A DNA stretch of 63,821 nucleotides, the filler included, from Basidioascus undulatus (taxonomy: Eukaryota): the NCBI GenBank assembly GCA_000826855.1. It is 4 parts of 4 records of this genome, joined end to end, with 100 filler letters (N's around TTAATTAATTAA, not from the genome) between each part and the next. Parts side by side here need not be neighbours in the genome. Positions count along the whole stretch, not along the records: positions 1 to 15,006 come from JTLS01000671.1; positions 15,107 to 30,112 come from JTLS01000672.1; 2 more parts are not named here. One strand, given 5' to 3'. The notes beneath the pieces were generated by a model. The model did not search any database, had not been told where the DNA came from, and worked only from the letters and a program-made list of their open reading frames with translations. Numbering within the stretch: position 1 is the stretch's first letter; the number at the start of each line of letters is the position of its first letter. A program made the position numbers and the translations under genes. Shown piece by piece: positions 11,601 through 21,432 of this stretch.

Positions 11601-14600
11601 CTGCATCGTCCCCAACAGTCTCAAGAAGCCGGGCAAGATCGACACGCCGCTCGTGCTCGACCAGCTACGCTGCAACGGCGTGCTCGAGGGCATCCGCATC
11701 GCGCGCCTCGGCTACCCGAACCGCCTCCCCTTCGCCGAGTTCCGGAACAGATACGAGGTCCTCACGCCCGGCGTCATCCCGCGCGGGTACATGGACGCCC
11801 GCAAGGCGTGCCAGCGCATGCTCGACGCGCTCGCGCTCGATGGTGCCAGCTTCAAGATCGGCACGAGCAAGATCTTCTTCAAGGCGGGCGTGCTCGCAGA
11901 GATGGAGGAGCGAAGGGACCAGCACCTCTTCGACATCTTCTCCCAGGTCCAGGCCGCCGCAAGGCGCTACGTCGCGCGCAGGCAGATCAAGAAGATCCTT
12001 AACCGCGCGACTGCGGCGCGCACGATCCAGCGCAATGCTCGCATCTATATCGAGCTCCGCGAGTGGCCATGGTGGAACCTCTACACCCGCGTTCGGCCCC
12101 TCCTCGCGGCGACGCGCTCGGACCAGGAGCTCAAGCAGAAGCAGGTGCGTGGTGGAGTTCGAGCTGCTGCTGGAAAGGGAAGAGCTGATCGTGGTCGTGG
12201 GGTGCGTATGGGTAGGCCCACATCAAGTCACTCGAGGACGAGCTGTCGACGGTCGCGCAGGACCTGGACGCGGCGTCGAGCGAGAACAACAAGCTGCTCC
12301 GGCAGATCGAGGCCGTGGAGAAGGACCTCGAGTCGGAGCGGCACCTGAGCCTGAGCAACCAGGAGCTGCTCGCGCGCTCGAAGGCGCAGGAGGCCGAGCT
12401 CCTCGAGGAGCGCGCCGCGCTCCAGGCCGAGATCGACACGCTCGAGTCGCAGCTCGAGCGCTCGCTCGCGAGCATGAAGAGCACCGAGGCAAAGTACGCC
12501 GAGCTCAAGGACGCGTTCGACGTCGCTTCCGAGCACCTCGTCAGGCTTGAGGCGGCGGAGAAGGAGTGGAAGGAGCGCGAGATCGTCCTCGCTGATACCG
12601 CCGGCGTCAAGCAGGACGAGTGGGACGCGATTGTCCACGAGAAGGAGGCGCTCGGCGCGAACGTCGAGGAGCTCAAGGCTGCCGTGAGGAGCAAGGAGGA
12701 GGACCTCGAGCGTTCGACTAAGCGCTTGCAGGCGACGACGGCGGAGCTCGAGGCGAGGCTGGACGCTGCTGTCAAGGAGGGGTGAGTGCGGCGCTTTCAA
12801 GATGGTGGGGTTTTGGTCGTACTTGAGATGCTGACGCGCGCCACTGGTTTTCGCCTTGCAGCGAGACGCACAAGGCCAAGGTCGAGTCCGCCACCCGCGA
12901 GGCGCGCCAGCACAAGGACCGCGTCTCGGAGCTAGCGCGCACTGCGGCCGACTTCCAGGCGCTCATCGCGAAGCGCGAGGACGACGTCGCGAGCGTGGCG
13001 GGCCAGCTCAAGTCGGCCAAGTCGGAGCGGGACAAGCTCGCGCGCGAGGGCGCGGACCTGCACGCGCGGATCTCGACGCTCTCGAGCCAGCTCGAGGCGC
13101 AGAAGCTCGACCGCGACCAGATCGCGGAGGTCAAGGCGAAGCGGGAGGCGGAGCTCGACGAGCTCCGCCAGCTCCTCGACGAGAAGGTCTCGGAGGAGAC
13201 GCGCCAGAAGGAGGTCGAGCAGAGCAAGGCCGCCGAGCTCGCCGACTTGCGTGCACAGCTCGATCAGCTCCGCGCGCAGCACATCGACGACGCCCGCGTC
13301 GCCAGCGAGCACGCCGCTAAGCTCCAGGCAGACCTCGAGGAGGAGCGCCGCAAGCACGGATCCCTCTCGCGCTCGCACGCGTCGCTGTCGACTCGCGCGG
13401 AGACCGAGTCGGCCAGGCTCAAGGAGGCAGAGTCGAAGGCTGACAAAATCGCGCAGGAGAAGCGCGCTGTCAACGCCGAGCTCCAGAACATCCGCGCCAG
13501 GCACCTCGAGTCCGACGCTGCGCTGACGGAAGCTCGGGCGAGCAAGGATGTGCGTTGGCGCCGTGACCATTCCGTATCTTGACTGCCGATGCTGATCATT
13601 GGTTCTGTACGGCACACAGGCACTCAGCAACCAGCTTGCCGAGGCGACACGCAAGCACCACGACTTGGAGGATGCGATCCTGCAGCTCGAGCGCGAGCGC
13701 GACTCGTACATGCGCCAGCGCGACCAGCTGCGCGCGCAGGCGGACAGCATCGTCGCCGAGCTCAAGGCGGACGAGCAGAAGCGCGCGGCGCGCCACGCCG
13801 CGGACGAGCAGGCCCGCCTCGGCGAGATCAACCAGCTCAAGGAGCACGTCGCCGCGCAGGACAAGGCGCTCGCCAAGATGCGCGCGGACCTTGCGGGCAA
13901 GGACGACGAGATTCGCTTCATCAAGGCGCGCGGGTCCAAGACGGTCGTTGAGCACATCCACGTGCGTTGGCATCACCTTTCTCGTGGTACAGGAATCTGA
14001 CAGCTCTCGGGATGTTCCTTAGGTCCTCGAGGAGGCGAAGCGCGTTACGGACCGCCAGCTCGCCGAGGCGCGCTCCGAAGTCTCGCGGATGGCGACGTAC
14101 ATCAAGTCGCTCGAGAAGGGCAGGTCGCGCCTGACCGGCGAGCAGGAGGACCTCATGCGCGAGATGGAGCGTCGCCGGATCGCCGCGGAGAAGGACGCGA
14201 AGGCGCACGCGCAGAAGACGTCTACAGTCGTCGCTGAGGCGCGCAAGGAGCGTCTTGCCCGCGAGACTGCCGAGGCGACAGCACGCCGTCTCGAGAAGGA
14301 GGTCACCGACACGCGCGACCGCCTCGCGGACGCGACGAAGCAGATCTCCAACATCCAGCGGTCAAAGAGCAACCTCGAAGCGGAGCTCGCGTCGTTCGCG
14401 AACGAGAGCAAGTCGCAGGCGTCGCTCAAGCAGATCCACCAGGACTCGGACAGCCGCTTGAAGCAGATGGAGGCTCGCCTACAGGAGTCCGAAGCCGCAC
14501 GGGCCTCGCTCGAGCGCGCGGCGCGCAACTACCAAAAGCAGACGTCGGACGTGCAGCGTCTCCTCGCCGATAAGGCGCCTATCGACGACACGCTCCGCGC

Positions 14601-15006
14601 CCAAATCCTCCGCGACCTCGCCGACACGTCCGCGGCGATACAGCGCGAAATGACTGCGCGCGAAGACGCGCTTCGCTCGCACAAGCCCGAGAAGCCGCTC
14701 CACGTCTTCGGCAACATGGCGCCCTCGAAGCGCAACCGCACCATCTCCGCGCCCAACGGCAACGACGTTCACGGCGCCGGGCTAAGGGCGCGCGACGATC
14801 GCTCGGATAACCAGTCGCAGCTCCTTCGCGGCCAGCTCGACATCCTCGAGCTCCAGGTCGCCGCGTCTGACCGCGTCCGCCAGCACCTCGAGGACCAGGT
14901 GCGCGAGATGACGCACGACCTCGAGGCGAGCGACGGGACGGCGCAGTCGCTCGAGGCGACGCGCGCGAGGCTCGCCAAGCAGAACGCCCGCCTCGCCGAG
15001 CTCCTC
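8686..15006 (+). CDS. myo2: Class II myosin heavy chain (S. pombe myo2 / S. cerevisiae MYO1 type), cut at the contig end
   Basis: N-terminal KKRVWVPD, P-loop [62 protein letters not shown] region, [14 protein letters not shown] and a long coiled-coil tail. Includes a 16-nt micro-exon at 10851-10866 (NHHMFV). Confidence 0.96.
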
Positions 15007-15106
15007 NNNNNNNNNNNNNNNNNNNNNNNNNNNNNNNNNNNNNNNNNNNNTTAATTAATTAANNNNNNNNNNNNNNNNNNNNNNNNNNNNNNNNNNNNNN
15101 NNNNNN
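15007..15106. other. Artificial contig linker
   Basis: N44-TTAATTAATTAA-N44, with stops in all six frames. Confidence 0.98.
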
Positions 15107-16343
15107 GGGCGGGCGCGGCCGCGGCCGGGACTGCTGGGTCGACCAGCTCGGGACCGGCAACGGCGACGCAGGCCAGCTCGAACGCGAGTCTTAGCCCATT
15201 CCCACCGGCTGATGCTGGGCCGTACGCCCCGCCTATGCGCTCCACGAGCGAGGAGCGCGTGTGTGCTGCGGCGCCGGCATCGAACGCGAAGGGGAAGGAG
15301 CCGGAAAAGCGGTTGGGGCTGAGGACACCGAGCGCGATCTACAGCGAGGTGACGGAGCGACATCGTACGTTGGACGTGCAGTTTCGCATGAAATGCCCCT
15401 GTTATCCTCACTCCGTCTGTCCCTGCGCAGGTTACGAGGAGGGCTACCACTTCCTCATAAAATACTTGACGAATCTGTGCGTCCGCTTTCTCTTGGTTTC
15501 TGTTAACCCAGCCCTGATTCATCCGCCATGCCGCGCCTCCAGCTCCTCTCGCTTCGATAAGCCTTCCGTACTCCGGATCGTCCGCGCGCTCGCCGTCTTC
15601 CGCCCCTCCCTCATCGCGCTCCAGATGCCATTAACGGAGGAAGACGAGGTCTTCGTCGAAAAGTGCTTCCAGCGCTCGCTCATCGAGTTCGAGCGCCTCA
15701 TCAGCTTCAGCGGGACGCCGACTGCGTGAGTTCTGGCTCTGTTCGGGCTGAATGCTGAGAGGCGAGCGCGTGCTGACTGACGGATGGGGTGAATGCGTTT
15801 TCTTGGGAGGACGGACAGTGTGTGGCGACGGACGGGCGAAATCGTGCTGGTTGGCGTAGAGTTCGCCTTGCTGTCGGAGTACACCAAGGAGGACTTGCTG
15901 GGCAAGAAGACGTTCATCTACGAGGTTCGTACGGCTCTCATGCCATCTGGTTGACCGATGCTTACCTGCCTTCTACCCAACGCAGCTGTTCGAGACGACA
16001 TCCGCCGTGGAATAGTGCGTTCTTCTGCCAACGGTCATGGCCGAGCTGTGCGAGGCGATGGCTGACCCAACGACCTGCAACGCAGCTGGGAAAAGTTCGC
16101 CACGCACGCGTTTGAGTCGACCGCGCAGTCGGTGCACACCACGTGTGTGCTCCTTACCGCCTCGGGCCGACCAGTACCGTGCACATTCTGCTTCACGATC
16201 AAACGAGAGTGCGTACCTCTCCCCCGTCCCGCTTGCGCTTTCCTCGCTTCTCGCCCGTGCTGACAGTTCATCTCTGTGCGCCTGGCAGCGTGTTTGACCT
16301 GCCCAGTCACGTAATCGGGAGCTGGCTGCCGATTCTCACCTGA
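15107..16343 (+). CDS. ERT1: Ert1/AcuK gluconeogenesis transcription factor, C-terminal PAS region (5' part missing)
   Basis: YEEGYHFLIKYL, FRPSLIALQMPLTEEDEVFVEKCFQRSL, SGTPTA-VWRRTGEI, WEKFATHAF, CTFCFTIKR and DLPSHVIGSWLPILT*. Confidence 0.88.
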
Positions 16344-16804
16344 GATGGTGCGCGAGTTGGGGTTGGGAGTGGGGTGATGGGTAGCGTAGGGTGTGGGATG
16401 AGTAGGGATACCGAGCGGGACGCTGGTTGGCCCCCATGACTTTCTGAGTACTGAGGAGGACGTTGTTGTACGATGCGCTCGATCGCGGACTATTCTTGTT
16501 GTGACACACATTGCTTGCTCCCGGGAGATTGGCGTTTGCGTGTGGCCGCGCTTCCATGGTCCGGGGGAGTGCAGAATGTTTCTTAGTTTTCCGCGAGTGA
16601 TACTTCTGGGCGGCGGACACTACTATAAGGCTAAGCACCTCCACAGTGCACAAATTCTCGTGTTACAGTCATGGCCCTTTGGGAAATCAGAGATGGGTCC
16701 CCACCGTGGACTGCGTTACGGTAACTGTGTAAAGTAATGAATGGTCTTCTTTGAGCTTGCAGACACTTACTTTAGGACTGAGTGTAATAAAATGCTCAAG
16801 CAAC

Positions 16805-16810
16805 AAAAAA
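16805..16810 (-). terminator. RNA polymerase III terminator (T6)
   Basis: TTTTTT begins 1 nt after tRNA position 37; the same arrangement occurs in copy 2. Confidence 0.8.
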
Positions 16811-16811
16811 G

Positions 16812-16884
16812 TCGTAGTCAGATACTCTACCATTGAGCCAGCCGGCCGTGACCGACGCAGGGATCGAACCTGCAACCCCCTGAT
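16812..16884 (-). tRNA. Circularly permuted tRNA-Arg(ACG), copy 1 (3' half 16884-16849, 1-nt spacer, 5' half 16847-16812)
   Basis: Minus strand reads ATCAGG GGGTT GCAGG TTCGATC CCTGC GTCGGTC A / C / GGCCGGC TG GCTC AATGGTA GAGT A TCTGA CT ACG A. Swapping the halves gives a complete 72-nt cloverleaf. Confidence 0.93.
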
Positions 16885-16892
16885 CTCGACTT

Positions 16893-16903
16893 CCACTACC
16901 TTA
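16893..16903 (-). promoter_or_regulatory. A-box-like element in the leader of permuted tRNA copy 1
   Basis: TAAGGTAGTGG resembles the A-box consensus TRGCNNARYGG; same position as TAAGCAAGCGG in copy 2. Confidence 0.55.
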
Positions 16904-18042
16904 GGCGAAGCGGTGTCTCTTATTTTGCCTTATGCACTCATGTTCGTTGAATATCTAGCAGCCCAGAAGATGGCAGGATTCAGATATACTGGTCTTCAGG
17001 CAGAAAATATTGACAGTCAAGAGATTTCAGCACTGTGATCAGGGCCAGGGCTCGTTATAGAATGCAGCCAGCGCCAGACTGCAGTGTCACCACACGCAAG
17101 AGGCCATATGCTGTCTGGTCAGCGCTGATCAACGCTTGCAGGAGTTACCTCCACCCTTTTATTGGGAAATAAAAGTTAACTTCCATCCTCCACGTTGGTT
17201 TATTTCTGTGGAAACAGGGCCCTCGTGCACCTTGCAATGAATATCCGTTAGCATCAAGCTTCCTGCTGAGGCTTAAGACCAGAGCTATGTGACACCCTCA
17301 CCGACTCCCAAATCCTGAGCATGACTTCCAGAAAACTCGCAGTGGAGGGCGTGCGGTCACACAGACATGAACGGCGCGATAGCGGGTCGGAGGGGCAAGG
17401 TAAAGGCGGAGGCCGTAGCCCTCGTGGACGCACGGAGGGTTTTGAAGACAGGGAAGGTCGAGGTGCTCGGGACGAATTGGAGAGCGGATTTGGCTCAGAA
17501 GATTAGGAGGAAAGGGAATTTTCCATCAGGTTGCTTTCGGCGAGGCGAAAGTCCAAGGAGGGCTGGGCGCGGTCTTCCACTCGAACAAACCATACGGTAG
17601 CATGTAAGGCTTCCGCTGCATGAGATTCACCTGCTCTAGAGAATGTGAGAGTTATTTTTAAAGTGGAAGTGGAAGACCAGATTTCTCTCTACTCTCCAAC
17701 TGCGTTTCTAAGTCTCTAAAGGCAAGGTCGGAACCGCAGGCGCCGCGGCGTGCTGTTTTCGCTCGAAATTGTGCTACAGCCCGGATATTCCTCCAGTCAG
17801 TTTAAAATTGAAGTTTGGAGAGAGGTCTTCTACCAGTGTCCTCCCTCTGATACGAGCTTGCAAGCGCTCAGTATGAGCACTTGCTGTAGAGCAAGGCTAG
17901 TGGCCTTCTCCATTCCACTACACGGCTAGTAGCGGTAGAGGGACTTCTGTTCAATGACTCAGGCGAGTCGAGCCCAAGTACATCTTGGGATCACTTTTGT
18001 GCTGCGAGTCGAGAAAAATAACAAACGTGTGAATTCAATATT

Positions 18043-19096
18043 TTAATCGGTGGCATTATACAGCTTCATGACAAAGGGTGACCAACCCAAACAAGACGCC
18101 CAACTGTAGAGCTCATTCTCCATCAAGCCTTGTCCATCCCCAATGTCTCCTCCAACGTCATGCCGCGCATGTCCCACAACGTGCCCTCCAGTAACCCATC
18201 CCGCACCGCTGCACCCACCGCCGCCAAAGCCCCAGAAGACCTGCCCGGGAGCCCTGCAATTCGACGCACTGAGACCCGGACTTTTGCCTTTGCAGGCCTC
18301 GTAAATAGAGCTCAAAAGGTGGCAAATATCGAGATCGTCTGGGTGTATGATGAGAACGTGCTCGAGAACGGGCATGGCAAGAAGAAAGACCGGAACAGAA
18401 TGGCCGTGTTGGACGAAGCCCGGTCTGTCGCAAAACTAGCTGAGTCAAAGAGGTGAAGTTGGGGAGGCGAAGTGTCCCGCCCCAGAAGAAATTACCAACC
18501 ACGACGCAAAGCCGACAAAGGGTCCCTGCGCCTGGCTGCAAGAGGATTTCGATGAGCATTTTCAAGGCTATCCAGTGCCTGTTCAGTGACACTCGGTCTC
18601 AGTCTGATGACTGCCAGTTCCTGAAGATTGAGGCGTCATATGGTCCAACTCAGCGGACTACGGCGCTTGTACCATTTCGACATCTTGCTCAAACAGGTCG
18701 ACAAAGTCAAGAGAGATGACAAGCCGGTACAGATGTGGCTGCATGACTTTGAAAGCGCTTTTGGCCTTCTCTATGGCCCCGGCGGGGGCCTCTCTTGTGA
18801 GTGACAGCATCAGGTCGTCTGGGTCGCATAGAGCAAGTGATTCGATGAGGTGCAGGGACCATTCCGAAGATGGGTCCGTGCTGGTAAGCGACAGGACTGA
18901 CGGCCTGCAGAGAGAGCGGTGGAGGTGCGGAAGAGCGACGTCCCTCACCCCGCGCGAGACGCCCCGTGCGAGACAAGCGTGAGTGTGAGAAGTGTGTCCA
19001 TGACATCTCAGGGTTCACCCGTAGGCCAGTGGGTGCGAGAGCGGCGAGCTGCTCAGTGACGTGCGCGACGATGTCGAGCGGGATCGAGATGGGCAT
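18043..19096 (-). pseudogene. F-box/LRR-like protein pseudogene between the two tRNA copies
   Basis: MPISIPLDIVAHVTEQL, TLLTLTLVS / RGVRDVALPHLHRSL, LNLQELAV, FTSLTQLVL and MPVLEHV lie in different frames. A 14-bp duplication at 18948-18974 shifts the frame, and there is an in-frame TAG at 18658. Confidence 0.6.
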
Positions 19097-19351
19097 GATG
19101 TGCAAAAGTGTGCTGGCGATGGTTAGAGTACGAAGTGAGAGTTGAGCGCAAGGAGCGGATTTGCAGGAACTTGATATCGTGAACAGGATGATTTTGGATG
19201 ATGGTGGTTGAAGGGCAAGCTGCACCCGATGACCTGGCAGCTGTCTGTATCATGCTGGATGTGCGTTCACTTCCCTAGACACTCCGCTATAGAACGCAAA
19301 ACAAACTTGTGCCCGTGATAGTCTTGTAAAGATGGAAAAATCATGAAATGC

Positions 19352-19357
19352 AAAAAA
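19352..19357 (-). terminator. RNA polymerase III terminator (T6)
   Basis: TTTTTT begins 1 nt after tRNA position 37. Confidence 0.8.
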
Positions 19358-19358
19358 G

Positions 19359-19431
19359 TCGTAGTCAGATACTCTACCATTGAGCCAGCCGGCCATGACC
19401 GACGCAGGGATCGAACCTGCAACCCCCTGAT
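19359..19431 (-). tRNA. Circularly permuted tRNA-Arg(ACG), copy 2 (3' half 19431-19396, 1-nt spacer, 5' half 19394-19359)
   Basis: All 72 mature positions are identical to copy 1; it differs only at the spacer base and in the leader. Confidence 0.93.
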
Positions 19432-19439
19432 TTCGACTA

Positions 19440-19450
19440 CCGCTTGCTTA
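19440..19450 (-). promoter_or_regulatory. A-box-like element in the leader of permuted tRNA copy 2
   Basis: TAAGCAAGCGG, same spacing to the B-box as in copy 1. Confidence 0.55.
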
Positions 19451-19819
19451 AGCAGGGCTGTGACAACCTGTGTCTTTTCATTCTTATGTCCATTCTCTCA
19501 CTGTCACTTGCTTTAATCATGCCAATCGTCGAGCCATTTGGCCTTCTACTGCAAAATTTCAATAGGTGGAATTATCATCATATTTGCTGAAATTCCATCC
19601 AGGGTTCGGCAAAGCAAACAAGGCGCGTTTTGAGACTCTGCGAGCGGCCAAACATGGACGGAAGCGGCGGGTCCCAATGTTCACTTTTGCTTAGTGTAGT
19701 TTTCCCACGCTGATCTGCTTCGCTGCGGCCCCTTTCCCTCTTGTTTCCTCGCTCTCGTTTCTGGTCTCATCGCCGCTGCTAAGACAGCAGTCTCTTAAAC
19801 CCAACCCCTTCTCCTGATT

Positions 19820-20960
19820 ACGTAAGGAAGTGGCCAAATCTGGGGGGTCAGGGAACCCAAAGTCCATTTACAGCGCTGCAGGGGACCTCAGACGAGTGGA
19901 ATGGGGTTGTCAATGCTTGCAGAAGTGTCAAATCCGTTGGTGAAGTGGCAAATGCTCTAAATCGGCGAATCCCGGAACGGTTAGCCCTGTTCATGCCCAC
20001 ATGACCTGCAAAGAAAGCCTGGCTGGAAGACCCCCTTCCCCGCTGAAGTTCCACTTTTATAACTCATGAACGCAGGAAGCAATCCACATTCTGCTGGCTA
20101 CCATTTCTTTGTGATCTTCATAGAAGAGGTCTCAGCCGTTATTTGCCTGTTCACAAGGACAAGGTGTAGCAATGAAAGTTGGGCAGGAGCGGGGGTCGGG
20201 TCTAATAGACCGCTGTTAGTTTGCGTTACGACACCAGTAGTCGTGACTTGCCCCTCCTCACCTCCCCCATCGTCGTTCTCGATAACAGTCAACTCGCTGA
20301 CAATTGCTGCTCATCGCTTCTTGCTCACGATTGACGTGTTGCCTAACACCGATGCCGACTTCAGGCCGTGGTTCAAAGCTCAGCGTTTCGCAGCGGGGCT
20401 CTTGCCGGGCGATATCACCCAAACTCGTTCCAGCTGCCGGTGGAATTCGATCAAGCCGTACCGGCAACGCTCGTCACCACTTCATCCTCCTCGAAATACG
20501 CGGATCAGTCGCCTCAACACCAAAATCTTGCTGTCGTCCTGCGCATCGGTGCCGCTTCGCTCGAGGTCTGGCCCATCTTCTCCTTCCACGACTCGAGCGA
20601 CGCCATTGCCCAGACGGATACGGTCCTCAGCAATCGCCTCATTCCTCTCCTATACATTGCGGATACGCCCAACCAGCCTCTTCAGCTCTCCTGCACCTTG
20701 CCACGCGGGTTCGGTGAGGAGCCGCTCCAAATGGGAGGATCTTGGCGGAGAACTGACTGTATGGTATGAGGCGCAGTTCCGTCTCTTCAAACAATCCTTC
20801 CATCTCGCGCGAGTACGACCGCATCGCCGCCTACCGTGACCGCTTGTCTGCCTTGATCGCCGCCGGCGGGACGGAAGCCACTGCTTCCGAGGACAAGGCC
20901 AACGTGAGTCCGGAGAACGCTGCCAGGGAGAACGGTTCTGATCGACAATCCGACGAGTCA
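19820..20960 (+). CDS. Hypothetical multi-exon gene, possibly degraded
   Basis: Protein-like segments in several frames with plausible splice signals; no family recognised and boundaries approximate. Confidence 0.25.
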
Positions 20961-21432
20961 AGCGTGGACCTTCATATCTCCATTTTGAGACGGGGGCGAG
21001 GTGGACGGGGACCTATGATCCGCTGTGGACGCAGGTGGCAGACAATGAGGCGGCGGCGAAGAGAGCACAGAAGGAGGCGGAAGTCGGACACTGGTTCGCG
21101 TCTCCTGCCTGCCCGGATGCCGTCAAAGGACGGCCGATCGAGCCTGCGAGCCCCTGAATCTCGAATATTACTTGCTCAAGCAGCGCATTGGTTTACCTTC
21201 TGCAGTGGACGAACAAGATGCCCAGACGAAGCAAGGATCCGACTGCCTTACAATCTATTGCTTGCTCTCACTGTCGGGGAGAGTGCCACGCTCAGCGCGA
21301 ATCAACATGCGGCAAAGTGCTTCAACATGTCTTCAAACGAGGATCCATTTTTCTATGCAATGCACAACACCCAGTATCAAAAGAAAGAAGTGATAAAACA
21401 GCCAAGAAAAGAAAGTGGAAGGGTCCCGCCGC

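Noticed and set aside
16849..16915. Conventional tRNA formed by the upstream leader and the 3' half
   Set aside because: The leader lacks a strand complementary to GTCGGTC and lacks an anticodon-stem 5' strand in both copies.
16849..19394. One ordinary tRNA-Arg with a 2.47-kb intron (5' half of copy 2 plus 3' half of copy 1)
   Set aside because: A T6 Pol III terminator follows the 5' half immediately, and this reading leaves two perfectly conserved orphan halves unexplained.
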